The notes below the pieces were generated by a model. It worked only from the letters and a program-made list of their open reading frames with translations, did no database searches and was not told the DNA's origin. Positions 1-12,277 of a stretch of 64,000 nt of DNA are shown here, one piece after another. The DNA is from Lama glama (taxonomy: Eukaryota): NCBI GenBank assembly GCA_028534125.1, contig CM052816.1:27902001-27966000 (forward strand), written 5' to 3'. Position 1 is the stretch's first letter. Every line of letters begins with the position of its first letter. A program made the translations under genes and the position numbers.

Positions 1-984
1 ATTTCCAATCAATTGATATTGGATACAAATGAACACATATACAGTTTTAGATGCTAAATTAGGAAACTAGCAGAGGTGGGCTTTTTTGGTAAATAATAAA
101 AACCACATAGCAAATGTATGTTTATAAAAACTACATTCACTCTTAATTTCTATTATTTGATTATTGTCACAAAGTACATAAAATTGCCACTGAGTTATCT
201 GAAAACAATGTCTTCTGGATTGGTTCCTGGATTCAGGCTTAACAGCAGCATGTCTCTTTTCTTAACTTCTCCCCTACTAACTAGCATTTGTGCCTAGTGC
301 CACTAAAAAGAGTATTATCCATCAGGAATCTAATCATAAATATTTAATTGGGACAGTTCGGGGAATGTGCATATCATTTCCCAATATTCAATTTTTATAA
401 CATTTATAATTCTTATAGTTGCAGTTAAATGGCCCATTCCCTAACCTTGTGTTAGCATTTGCCACTCTTTGTGAGTTAGTCAAAACAAAATAAAAAATTC
501 TGCCATATGCTACTTAAAAAAGGAAAAATATATTTAACTAAAAGTTATTATAAAAGAATAACTATATACATCTAGTAAGGATAAAGGCTAGACTGAAGTG
601 GCCTACAGATTGTGACAGTCTTACCACCTTCTAACTTTTCTTCTCTAATAATACATATTTTTTCTTATCTGAATGGCAAAATATTTTTTTCTCCTTTATC
701 TTTAAGTTTTTGTAACTTCAGCGAGATATTTCAAAATGTATGTGTCAACATTATGCGTTTTTCCTCTGGGATGTGATATTTTTTAGTTTCAAAGTTAGTC
801 ATCTATGATTTACCATTTTGAAATTTTGATAAATATTTATAGTAACACAACCATTACAGTACCATCATATATAAATATAGAATACTTCCATCATCTTAGA
901 AAATTTACCCTGCAAGGGGCTATTAATATTATTCTTAGTATTCTTCTAAGGTTCAGAGCTATGTAGTAATGTCTCTTTATTCTT

Positions 985-1315
985 TATGCCAGTACTCTGT
1001 TTTTGTTATTGTACCTTTGTAGTATTTTCAAATCAGTGTGATAATTCCAGCTTTATTCTTTTCCCTTAGGATTTCTTTGCCTATTCAAGGTCTTTAATGG
1101 TTCCATACAAATTTTAGGATTTTTTTTCTATTTTTGTGAAGAATGCCATTGATATTTTAATGGAGATTGTGTTGAATCTATAGATGACTATAAGTATTAT
1201 CGACATTTTAACAATGTTAATTCTTCTGATCATGAACATAGCATGTATTTCCATGTGTTTGTGTCTTCAGTTTCATTAAGCAAAGTCTTACAAGTTTCAT
1301 TGTACATATCTTCCT
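985..1315 (-). mobile_element. LINE-1 ORF2 fragment (degenerate)
   Basis: Typical antisense L1 ORF2 text: ttccatacaaattttaggatttttttttcta, gtgaagaatgccattgatattttaatggagattgtgttgaatctatagat. Confidence 0.85.
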
Positions 1316-1614
1316 TTTTTCCTCCAGAATTTTATTTTAATACGTATTGTAGTTTATATATATATAGCATAATGAAGTGAATTACTGAAGAAAACTTGTT
1401 AATAGTTGCTTTAGAGACTGAGCTTTGTAAATTACAGTATCTATATTGCAACTTCAAGGTAAATATAAATTTGCTTGGCATCATCTTTCATTTCACTTTT
1501 CTTTTCATTTTTAAAATTCAGTAGTTTCTTTTCATTTTTCAATTTTATTAGGTAGAGTTGTTAGAATTTGGCATCACATATACGATATCTTGCATGTAAA
1601 CAGATATACACATA

Positions 1615-2915
1615 TTTTTCTTGCTCGTTTCTCTTTCTGGGACCCTTATAATGTGAATATTAGTGTGCTTCATGTTGTCCCAGAGTTCTCTTAAACTATC
1701 CTCATTTCTTTTCATTTCTTTTTCTTTTTTCTGTTCTGCAGTAGTGATGCCCACTAATCTGTCTTCTAGATCCATTCTTCTGCCTTGTTTAGTCTGTTCT
1801 TGGTGTCTTCTAGTGTGTTATTCATTTCAGTGATTTTATTCTTCAACTCTGGGTATTCTTTATATTATCAAACTCTTTGCTAAAAACTTTGCTCTGTGCA
1901 TCTATACTCCTCTCGAGTTCTCTGAACATCTTCACCAACATTACTCTAAACACTTTCTTGGATAAATTGCCTATCTCCTCATCACTTATTTCTTCTTCTG
2001 GGATTTTATCTTGTGCCTTGGCCTGGGAGATATTCCTTTGCCGCCTTATATTGCCCATCTTTCTATTTGTATTTTTAGGTAGGTTAGTTAGGTTTTTCAG
2101 TCTTGGAGAGGTGACCCTCTCTGGGAGACATCCTATGCGTCCCAGCAGTACATTCCTCTCTTGTCACCCAAGGGTCAGGGTCTAGCGGGTCCCAGGGTAG
2201 AGTCTGGCCTGTGTTTGTGGATTCCTTCCACAGGATTGGGGACTATTCTTTTCTTATTTTTGGTATCTGCCCCCTGATAGATGAGGCTGGACTAGAGGTT
2301 TATGTAGGTTTCCTGGCAGGAAGAGCTGGTGCCTGCCTTACTGTTGGGTGAAGCTTGGTCTTGGACCTCTGGTGGGTAGGAGTGTGTCTAGAGACCAGTT
2401 TGTGGCTCAGGAAGTCTGCTGATGGATGTGGCTGTGTTTCCACCCAGCATGTGGTTTGGCCTTAGGCTTCCCTACAGGCTGTTGGGTGAGGCTAAGTCTT
2501 GGTGCTCATGATCCAATCAAGGTGTCGTCAGCCTCTAGGAAAGCTCATGTATGTAAACAGTCCCAGAATGTCCGCCACCAGCTTTTATGTCCCCTGGGTG
2601 AGCCGTGCCGTCCCCTACATCCCTAGGAGACCTTTCAAAACCAGCAGGCAAGTCTGGCCCAGGTATCTATGAAATCACTGCCTCTGCCCTTGAACTTGGT
2701 GCGTGCGAGATTCTGTGTGTGCTCCCCAAGAGACTGAAGTCTCTGTTTCCCCCAGTCCCATGGGGCTCCTGGAGTTAAGCCCTGCTGGCTTTCAAAACCA
2801 GATGTCCTCGGGTCTCCTCCTCCTCCCAATGGCAGAAACTCAGGCTGGGCCTGACATGGGGCTTAAAACTCTCACTCTTGTGAGAGGGCCTCTGTGACTT
2901 AATTATTCTTCAGTG
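1615..2915 (-). mobile_element. LINE-1 5' UTR plus N-terminal half of ORF1 (disrupted)
   Basis: ORFs 1843..2058 (RRQRNISQAKAQDKIPEE..FRVMLVKMFREL) and 1548..1775 (LEDRLVGIT..EDSLRELWDNMKHTNIHIIRVPE) match the L1 ORF1p coiled-coil and RRM start; GC-richer 5' UTR-like sequence at 2060-2915. Confidence 0.9.
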
Positions 2916-2919
2916 GTGC

Positions 2920-5310
2920 ACTCTAACTAGGAAACTCACTGGGGAGCAGACTCAGGTTCTCCAGTGAGGAGTTTTGCCAGCTCTAGTGCCTGGTTTGGCC
3001 AGGCCCAGCCCAGGAGAAGAATAATAAATAGCCCCATCTTCCAGGGAGAGTGTCTCCCAGCCTTACCTGACGGAAGGGTCTGGCGAGGGCACCTGGCAGT
3101 TGTGTAGCCCAGCAATGCTCAAGCTGAAAGATGGGCAGGTAGAGTGAATCACCCCAGAGTAAAGTTTGTACTGGGCATGGAGAATTCCCTTGCTAAACCT
3201 AGGCAAAGGTTTAATTTATAGCCAAAGCTAAAGCTAGCTCCTGAGTGGAAAGCCTGCTTGGAAAAAAAACCTGGGAGAGGTCTGGAGGGGCCCCTCCCTG
3301 TCCCACGCAGGCAAGGGAATTGAGACACACAGCCCCGCCTACTGTTAATTGTGTTTCCAGCCCCCTCTGACTAGAAGGGCTTGTGAGAACACCTGGAAGC
3401 TGACAACACTCGAGCCTAGATACAGGCAGGCAGAGCTCACAACCTGTAGAGCAATACCAGTGGCCCTGTTCACCCAGGAAACTTGGAGTGTGGTTTGGCT
3501 TGAGTTAAGACAACAAAGAGCTTTACCAGCATTATAGCTGCTTTTCACACTGTACCCAGGCAGGGAAACTGATTGATTGAATGTTCATTGCTGAATATCA
3601 GCCTGCCTGAGCTGGGGAAATAACCAGAATACACAGAAGCTGCAGAGCCCAGCCAACAGTCCGTGCTTACAATAGCCCTTAAACAGAGAGCAGAGCCTGT
3701 GGCTTTCCAGTCTGGAGCCCGAAACTGGTAGCCTTGTCCGACCAGGAAATTCAGCATACCCTCTTGCCTGGTTTGGATCCTCAAACAAGTTATACGAGCC
3801 CTGGGTCCTCTCCTGTGGCCCTGCCAGAGCAGGGAAACTAACTCATAGACCCATCTGTCACTGAATGGAGTACACAGAGAACCAGGCGACTGTGGAGCAC
3901 ATCTTACAGCCTCACTTTGGTAACGAATCAGCCCAGCGGTCTTCCCTACCTCTTCTCAGCCAGTGGCACACTCCGCCATCCCTGACCTCAGAGCTTGAAC
4001 AAAAATAGACTGTGACAGCAGGCTACAGCTGCCCAAGGACGTTACCAGCAGACATGCCCAGAAATCCAAACTGGGCTGACTGGTGAAGATCTATCTGTTC
4101 TAGGGCAAACATGTAAAATCTGAAAAAGGAGCCTAATTACCCAAATGTGCAGATATCAAGGTAAGGAATCAAGAGAGACTAAGAAAGTTCCAATAACTGA
4201 CCCTAAAGAAACGGAGATCTGTTAACTGTCAAGGAGTTCAGAATGATTCTCTTAAGGAAATCTAGTAAACTACAAGAACACAGACAGACAACTAAATAAA
4301 ACTTAGGACAACGATGCATGACCAAAATGAGAAGTTTGACATAGAAATGAAAACCATCAAAAAATAAACAGAAATCCTAGAGTTGGAAAACAGAGAAACT
4401 GAAGAATTCAGTGAACAGGGCCACCGGCGTTGCTCAAAAGTGACCTGACCACAGAAGAAAGAATCAGTGACCTGGATGATACAGCATTTGAAATTATCCA
4501 GTCAGAGAAGCAAAAAGAAGAAAAGGTTGAGAAAGAATGAAGAAAGCCTATGGGACTTACAGCACACAAGGAAAAAAAAAGTTTACGTTATGGGAATTTC
4601 AAAAGAAAACGAGAGAGAAAGGTGAAGAAAGTATACCTAAAGCAATAGTGGATGGAAGCTTGCTGAGCTTGCGAAGAGAAATGGACATCCAGATCTATGA
4701 GGCACAAAAGAGTCAAAATGGGTTGAACCCAAGTAGTTTTACATTAAGACGTATTATAATTAACTTGTCAAAAGTGAAACATACAACTTTAAAAGCAACA
4801 AGACAAAAAAGAGAGAAGTCTTAGGGAAGTTCCCTGTCAATCACTGGATTTCTTATCAGAAGCTTTTTAGGCCAGGGGAGAATAGGGAATTCCATACCCC
4901 TCCTTCATCTCTGAAGGACGGCTTTTCCAGGTAAAGACTTTCCCCTAGAAACAAAAACTAAGGAAGTTCATTACCAGTAGACCCATCTTATGCTGAGTGG
5001 AAGTAAATGATGCTAATTAACATAAGAAACACAAAAAGGCAGTGTAAAACTCACTGGAAATGGTAAATACATAATCAAAATTAGATTCTGTCATCTAGTT
5101 GTGGTGGTGCGTAATACTAGTTTAAAAGTTAAAAAACTAACGTAATAGAAATAACTGTAAATACAACAGTCTGTTATCAGTTACATGGTGTGACAGATGC
5201 ATGAACAGCAGTAACCTAAAATGTGAGAGAGAGGAGAAGTAAAAGTGTAAAGTTTAGAAATTTTACTGATGTTGTTATCAGCTTAATAGAGTGTGTTATA
5301 AGTTTAAGAT
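2920..5310 (+). mobile_element. LINE-1 5' UTR, ORF1 and post-ORF1 region (degenerate, different subfamily)
   Basis: GC-rich leader 2920-4150, then ORF1-like remnants (EMDIQIYEAQK..RRIIINLSKVK..LKATR; caaaaactaaggaagttcattaccagtagacc). Confidence 0.8.
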
Positions 5311-5337
5311 ACCAAAAGACCTCAAAACATGAAAAGA

Positions 5338-5360
5338 GGGGGAGGAGGAGGAGGAGGAGC
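5338..5360 (+). repeat. (GGA)n microsatellite
   Basis: ggaggaggaggaggaggag. Confidence 0.9.
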
Positions 5361-5444
5361 AGTAATTCATGAGTTCATAGGTATTTAACTTACTCTAGAA
5401 GTTAAATGGTATTACATATTCTTTATCAAGATATGCTGTATAAG

Positions 5445-5872
5445 GCACTGTGTGACCCAGTCTACTTCTAGTCTGCTGCTCCTTTCTTTTCCTCACTTTG
5501 TCTGGACAGCTATGCCTCTTTCTGTTCCTCTGATGCTCCAAGCTCTTTATAGTCTATCCTTTTATGCATGCTGGTATCCCTACCATGTTTCCATCACTCT
5601 CACTCAATCCTGAAGCCTCAGAATGTCTTCCAAAGAGAAACTACCCTTAATCCACATCTAAATTTGTTCCCCATGCTTCTCTCTGCCTTTTTTTGCGTTT
5701 CTTTCAAAGGTTTTTAACAATTTAAAATCTTATACTTATTTGTTTAAATGTCCAAGATCTGTCTCCCTTATTAAATTGTAAGCTGTGTTTGCTGAGTTCA
5801 CCGTTGTATACTCAGTGCTTAGCTGATTAAATCACCACTTTATCTAAGTATTTATTGAATGAGTGAATGAAT
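5445..5872 (+). mobile_element. L2 LINE 3' fragment
   Basis: Pyrimidine-rich L2-like body ending gttcaccgttgtatactcagtgcttagc..aagtatttattgaatgagtgaatgaat (L2 tail). Confidence 0.75.
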
Positions 5873-7424
5873 AGCAGAAAATCTTAAGATGAGAAATAGA
5901 AATACATAACCGCAGCATTTCCATTCTATTTCTATAGTGAAGTTGAAGAAATTCTGAGTGAAAGGAGATAAGTGAGAAAGGTGGCCTGACCCTGGCAAGG
6001 CCAAATTTTTGTCTCTTAATCCATTTTGGGTTATAAAATTGATTAGTCAAATCTAAGTTGAAATTTATAATAGATTATTTGCTTTTACATTTTTCCAGGA
6101 TAATGATTTCCCTGATATTTTAAGTTAATTGTAAAAATAGTGACGTGTAATACGAAGTATTCAGAAATATGTCCCCAAATATACAATAGTAACTTTGAAA
6201 CCAAACCCTTGGGCATTCTGACTCCCTAGCTCAAGTCATATACATGTGTGTCAAATGTGAAGAAAAGTACCTCTTTATAGATGACTTCCTCTTGATTTTC
6301 TTTAAAGGATCAATTCTTTTGAGTTTATTTCTTGGTTAAAAACAGAAACCAGGCCAAAATAAGATATTGACAATGCAAAACATCTCTGAAGTAAAGAAGG
6401 CAAGTTTCAAAGATTGTGAGATGATTCCTCTGTTGACTTCAATCTTTTCTCTCTGAAATTAGATGTAGCTATTATCTTTCTGATTTATAGAATGATAACT
6501 ATATGCTCTCAGGCTTTATAATTATTTGTAGCATAGGCTGTTAAACATAGTGAGAACAGAGTTTTTTTTAACTGTATACATTTATTGTTTTTTAAAATAA
6601 AGGTGGTTCTTCTTTGTCATGTAAAGGGTATAGACAGAAAATGTGGGCATAAGGAAACATTTGCTGTGAAATGTGTATAAGTAGTGCACATGTTCCCCGT
6701 CCCCCACACCCCAGGCTTTCTCTGCATTACATAGAGAAGTGTGCTGATCTAGGAACGACTAGAGACTATGGAAAGTGCTCCAGTAGAAGGACCTGGTCTC
6801 ATTATTGTATGTATTTATAGGAAAATTAGAGGGTGGGCCCATGTAATAGTAAGTGTTTTCTTTGCTGGGGAAATGGCCTCATTTAAAAGGGGAAGAAGCA
6901 GGCAGATCATGGAAGAGCAATTTGCGTAAAACTTCTATCAACTAGACACTATTGTTCTGTTGAGTTGGCTCAGTTATGTCAAAGGAAAAAAAAAAACAGT
7001 GAAAAACAACAACAGAAAAGGCAGTTAGTGTCATCCAGAAGAGGAAAGTATTTTCTCTCCTTAATCTTCATGCAGAAAGTAGAGAAAACTGTAAACTACA
7101 TAAACACTACTGAATCCTGACAGGAAAAAGAAATCTCTAACCAAATGATTTAAATATTAAAAGCAAGGAATTCACCAGTAGCAAGACAAAACCATTTTTT
7201 AAAGCATACATCTAAGGAGGTTGTAACAGATGATTCTCTCATGCATTGGCAAAGATACACAAGGGTGAGGGAAGAGAAGAAGGTGAAAAGTTTGCTAAAC
7301 TTATCAGTTGACAGAAAAGCAGACTGTATATTGAGCCAACATGTGTCTTAAACCTGTATGACTAGCCATCGTGCTAAGCTCCTGGAAGGCTAGTTACACC
7401 CTGCTCCCAAAGTATGATCTGGAT

Positions 7425-8330
7425 TGTCGGAGCCAGTCGACAATCGATCAGGTCCAGAAACCTGTGCTGCAGGACTGAGAAAAGAAAGACAAGACTAAAA
7501 GATGGGGTTGAGAGGGTCTCACTCTAAGCCTGCAAGACGCTAAGCCAAGAATGGACATTGAGTTTATTTTCAGCAGTTAATTTATACAATNNNNNNNNNN
7601 NNNNNNNNNNNNNNNNNNNNNNNNNNNNNNNNNNNNNNNNNNNNNNNNNNNNNNNNNNNNNNNNNNNNNNNNNNNNNNNNNNNNNNNNNNNNNNNNNNNN
7701 NNNNNNNNNNNNNNNNNNNNNNNNNNNNNNNNNNNNNNNNNNNNNNNNNNNNNNNNNNNNNNNNNNNNNNNNNNNNNNNNNNNNNNNNNNNNNNNNNNNN
7801 NNNNNNNNNNNNNNNNNNNNNNNNNNNNNNNNNNNNNNNNNNNNNNNNNNNNNNNNNNNNNNNNNNNNNNNNNNNNNNNNNNNNNNNNNNNNNNNNNNNN
7901 NNNNNNNNNNNNNNNNNNNNNNNNNNNNNNNNNNNNNNNNNNNNNNNNNNNNNNNNNNNNNNNNNNNNNNNNNNNNNNNNNNNNNNNNNNNNNNNNNNNN
8001 NNNNNNNNNNNNNNNNNNNNNNNNNNNNNNNNNNNNNNNNNNNNNNNNNNNNNNNNNNNNNNNNNNNNNNNNNNNNNNNNNNNNNNNNNNCAAGTAAACT
8101 GAGATAACTAACTTGTATGCTGATTGTATCTCTCTGTTCTAAGGTCATCAGTGACTTAATAGCTCTGGATGTTCCTAGAGCTTTAGAACACCTGGTGCAT
8201 TCTTCTTCAAAGGGGTGGCGGGACAGAGATTGTCTTTGCTAGATCAATCTCAGAGCCTGACGCCAGCACTTTGGGATTTTCCGTCCCGTCCTGTGCTCGG
8301 CAGTCCTCAGGTCATGAGTGGCTCCCCGCA
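7425..8330 (-). mobile_element. Young endogenous retrovirus LTR element (class II/betaretrovirus-like), interrupted by an assembly gap
   Basis: Minus strand starts TGCGGGGAGC (8330) and ends ..CTCCGACA (7425). Perfect 5-bp TSD TGGAT at 7420-7424 and 8331-8335. TATAAA (7581-7586) and AATAAA (7563-7568) on the minus strand; CpGs retained. Confidence 0.85.
7591..8090. other. Assembly gap (500 N)
   Basis: Run of exactly 500 n; the three long X-containing ORFs are artefacts of it. Confidence 1.
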
Positions 8331-8389
8331 TGGATGAAGATGACATAAAGGTCATTTGAAAAACAAACTAAGTGAAAAATCTGTGTACA

Positions 8390-9054
8390 TGTTATTGAGA
8401 AATATAATTAGAAAACAAAATCTACTCCAACCCAGAAAACCATCCACAAAGGTAGCAGAGATAGAAAATGTTTGTATTAGAGAATAAGTATTAAACCACA
8501 ATGCAATGCATATCACAGGCACTCGGGTAATGCATTCAAAAGCAAAAGAATCTTACTTCCTTATATAGCCAAGCAGAGAAGACGCATTAAATACATATTA
8601 AGATAAACAACTAGTCCTCACATAAGAGGATCTGACAGCACCATTTGTCACACACAGATCATCCTGACTTTACATAGTATTTGGGTTGACTGTCTGTGTT
8701 AGTTTATTGGCTTAATCCAGAGGAGAAACAAACTTCTCATATCTTTATGACAGAAGGTAGTTTTGGAACTTGGAGCAAGGGTTAGGCTTCTACCGTCTCA
8801 GAAACTGGCGTATAGGGGTGCTATCTCTTGATGTTTACATTTCAAAGAGATGGCTTCCAGATCCTGGAGAAAGCCATCTCTGGGTCTTAGAGCTGACAAA
8901 AAGGCCTAGCGAATTTTCTACATTTCAAAGAAAGGAGAAAAATATTTGCAATTACAAGTTCTCTAAACCTTGTGCTCTAAGGAGGAGGAGGCGGGAGAAG
9001 TTTCTTCCCATATTTTGAAAAGGGAGAATTCATTTATTTTTATTTGTTCTAACA
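8390..9054 (-). mobile_element. Old ERV1-class solo LTR (MER67-like)
   Basis: TG..CA ends. Minus strand reads ..gccatctctttgaaatgtaaacatcaagagatagcacccctata.. and gaacttgtaattgcaaat, recalled from MER67-type LTRs. TSD not clear. Confidence 0.65.
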
Positions 9055-11961
9055 GCATGCATGTGTGTGTTTAAAAGAGAGAGTTTAGTTCTGGAAGAGA
9101 ACACAGTCTATCTGTAACTTCCTAGAATTATCTAAAATATGATAATATTAATATAAGTCAGGATATGAATGTGAGCGAGTCATTCAAGGGATTGAGCTCT
9201 CATAGTTCAGGGGCAGATTAATTTATTCAGATGAAATTAAATAAATCAGTAAACTATATATATATATGTATGGGAAAATTAAACATAAACACATAAGTGC
9301 ATTTACCTAATGGGAATGGGGGCGATGGATAAAGAAACTTTTTATTTTAGAACTTTCAAAATGTTTTTTATTTTTCAAAAACAGATATAATTCTATCTCT
9401 CAAACTATCATGGAAATTAATAATTAAAAAGGGACTTTAGCAGTTCTGAGAACGAGGATGGACAGCATTTGTAGTTGATCAGTGATGGCCCTCATTCTCA
9501 GGGTCTGTACCCCCACAGGAGAGAACTGCAGTAGGGTTGAGGTGCACCCGGGCTGTCTTTATAGGAGCTTGATGGAGTTCTACCTCACTTACATCCCTCT
9601 AGGTATCTTAAGTCACATGTTCTGGATGTTGACCTTTAAATTTACGAAGATTAAAATTGTCTAAATTATCTGTGCAATGAAGCCAACTATTTATAAGGAA
9701 TTTACTGTTAATAGGTGTGGTATGATTTACAAATCAGTAAAATTGCAAACATTGCAAGGAAATGGAGCAAAATTAGAAAGTATTGCTATGTAAGAAGATA
9801 GGAGTGCAATAACATACATACTCTTAATACTTTAGTTTCTTTGTTTCTCAAATTTTTTATTTATATAATACTTCGTTAATTTAGGCTGTCTATATATTCT
9901 TTTTATCTTGATTTTTTCATTTAATAGTGAATGAGTATTTTCTCAATTAAAATTCACAAAGTTTATTAGTAGTTAACTAAAATTCCATTTTTTTCTAGAG
10001 ATACTGTCATCATGAAAACATACTTTACTCTGGGATATTTAATCTGCTTCAAATTTAATACATTATAAATAATACCAGGATGATGATTCACATACTACAG
10101 ATCTGTCTTTCGTACTTATCTTCTCATGTTGTGTTAAATTCAAGGAAACTGAATAATTTCTTCAAACTGTATAAACATTTTGAGGTTTCTTAGACATAAT
10201 GGCAAAATACCGTTCAGAAATTTTGAACAGCTTAATACTTAAATAAATAACAAGGAAAGAGAAAAATGGATCTTTGTATCTTGAATTTGTGTAGTGGTCC
10301 GTAATGCATAAATCACTTTCTTCTGACCTACTTTTTTCATTGTTGAGATTAGCCTCCTTTTAGAATTTAGACACTGGTATTCCATTTTATTCCTCTTCCT
10401 CAGATATTTTGGTAGAAATAGAAGTTGTCACAACATCACTGAAGAGGAAAGGCTCATTGCTGGTGAAATGTTGTTAACTTTAAGTTTTTCTTAGTGTTAG
10501 CAGCTCTCTTTTAATAGGTTATAAGACTGTGACTCTCAGGAAGTGAAGTGTTGTTGGATAACCCACTTTTAAAAAAAAGTCTTAGTCATTGATGTGATGA
10601 CAATTTAATGCTACTATAGTGCAGTGAAATTTCTTTTTTTTTTAATTGTAGGCTACCTTTTGATCCTAAATTTTCATTTGCATTGGTATGAAAGGCACAT
10701 GAAGGTGCCTTGGTCCTTGCCAATTGCAAGTTTTATAGTCTTAAACATGTCCCTTAAAAAATCCCTTTCTCTCGGTGTCCTCTCTGATGTAACACTTTGT
10801 CACAAACTGTGAAAATTAGCTAGTGTACTTTGGGTTTACAGAAAAGGAGTAAGGAAAGAAAGGTCAGAAAGAAAGAGGAGAGAGGCTAAGAAGGAAACAG
10901 AGAAAGAGACAGAGACTGCCAAAAAGGAAAATAAAGAATATTGAGGCAAATGCTCTATTTCCTCGTGGATGCTGTATAAGTACCTTGTAGAGGCCCCACT
11001 GATTAGTGATTTCTCACTGGGGAAAAACAAAGGAGGACACCAAACAGAGCAAAAGAGGTCGGCTCTGATTATTCTTGGAAAACAAAGCAAACCATACATA
11101 CACTCCCATATATTTTATCATGTTTTTATGTTTCTACTTATAATTGCATAATTAAATTCACTGTTATAAACTGTATCACATACAGAAAATTTTAAAAAGG
11201 GAACAATTTTAAATGACAGAGTACATACTGGGTTACTTATTAATACTTCACTTTCTAACAGTCGCTCCATTTATTAGACTTTATTCAGGCGACCTAATAA
11301 AGATTTCAATTGTTTGTGATAATATAAAATGAGTTAACGTTAGTTGGTTTATACACATAACTGTTAAAATTTTCATTAAATATCTTTAGTACCTACGAGG
11401 GATAAGATTCTGTTATTTCATATACTGCACATTTAAAATTACAAGTTTGGAAAAGATAAAATTGCTGTATTGATATATCTTCATTTTTGGTCACGTTTAT
11501 CATAGCCACACCATGCCAAATGTTTGTCAGCTTATCCTGGATTGCATTATTTTCTATCTTCTGTAAAGTTCAGTGAATCTATAGCTCCTAGCTTTAAAGT
11601 TTTTTTCTCTTTGGTATTCTCTCGTGGACTTATGCCAGCTTGAGTCATGCCTCCTCTGTGTAATAAAACAGCTCTTATGGGAAGTCATATTTGCCTTTTT
11701 AGGACAACAGCTTTCCAAGTTGAAAGCTACAACAGCAGTTTATGAAACAGTTTTCTATGACTGCCAGAGAATTATTTCTTAACATCTGCCATGGCCTCTG
11801 GGACCCTAAAATAACTTCTCCATTTGATGATATTAACTAGAAAATTTAGACATATAAATTCCAATTTGTTTTTTTCTTGCATGAAATTTTTTTAAATGCA
11901 TTAATTGGTTAAGTTGATGAATTTGATTTAGTAGGATCAATCTAGCAACGCTTTACATCAG

Positions 11962-12277
11962 GTAATAGCAGAGGAATTCAAATATATGGTTCACCAGTTT
12001 CCTGTAATTTTGTCACTTCCTGACAAATCTGTGGTATGTACTCGCTGCAGGAGACCTTCCATCCACCCTTGGTATCTTGAGGCTCTTAGCCAGTGATTCT
12101 ACTAATTTGTATTATGATTTCTTGAGCCACTTCACTGAAATCATTGGACTAATGGAAATGATTTTGAATCCTTGTGACTGAAAACTAACTTGAGCTCATT
12201 AGAAAAATCAAAATCAGGACTACAGTGACAAAATCAGGAAACTGGTGAACTATATATTTGAATTCCTCTGCTATCAC
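11962..12277. repeat. Long inverted repeat (~55 bp arms, ~206 bp spacer)
   Basis: 11962-12017 versus reverse complement of 12224-12277: 2 mismatches plus a 2-bp indel. Confidence 0.95.

Noticed and set aside
7524..8148. Three ORFs of 179-189 aa
   Set aside because: Artefacts of translating the N gap
9480..9600. Minus-strand TATA box (CCTATAAA, 9558-9565) in a slightly GC-richer patch
   Set aside because: Single short motif with no supported downstream exon or ORF
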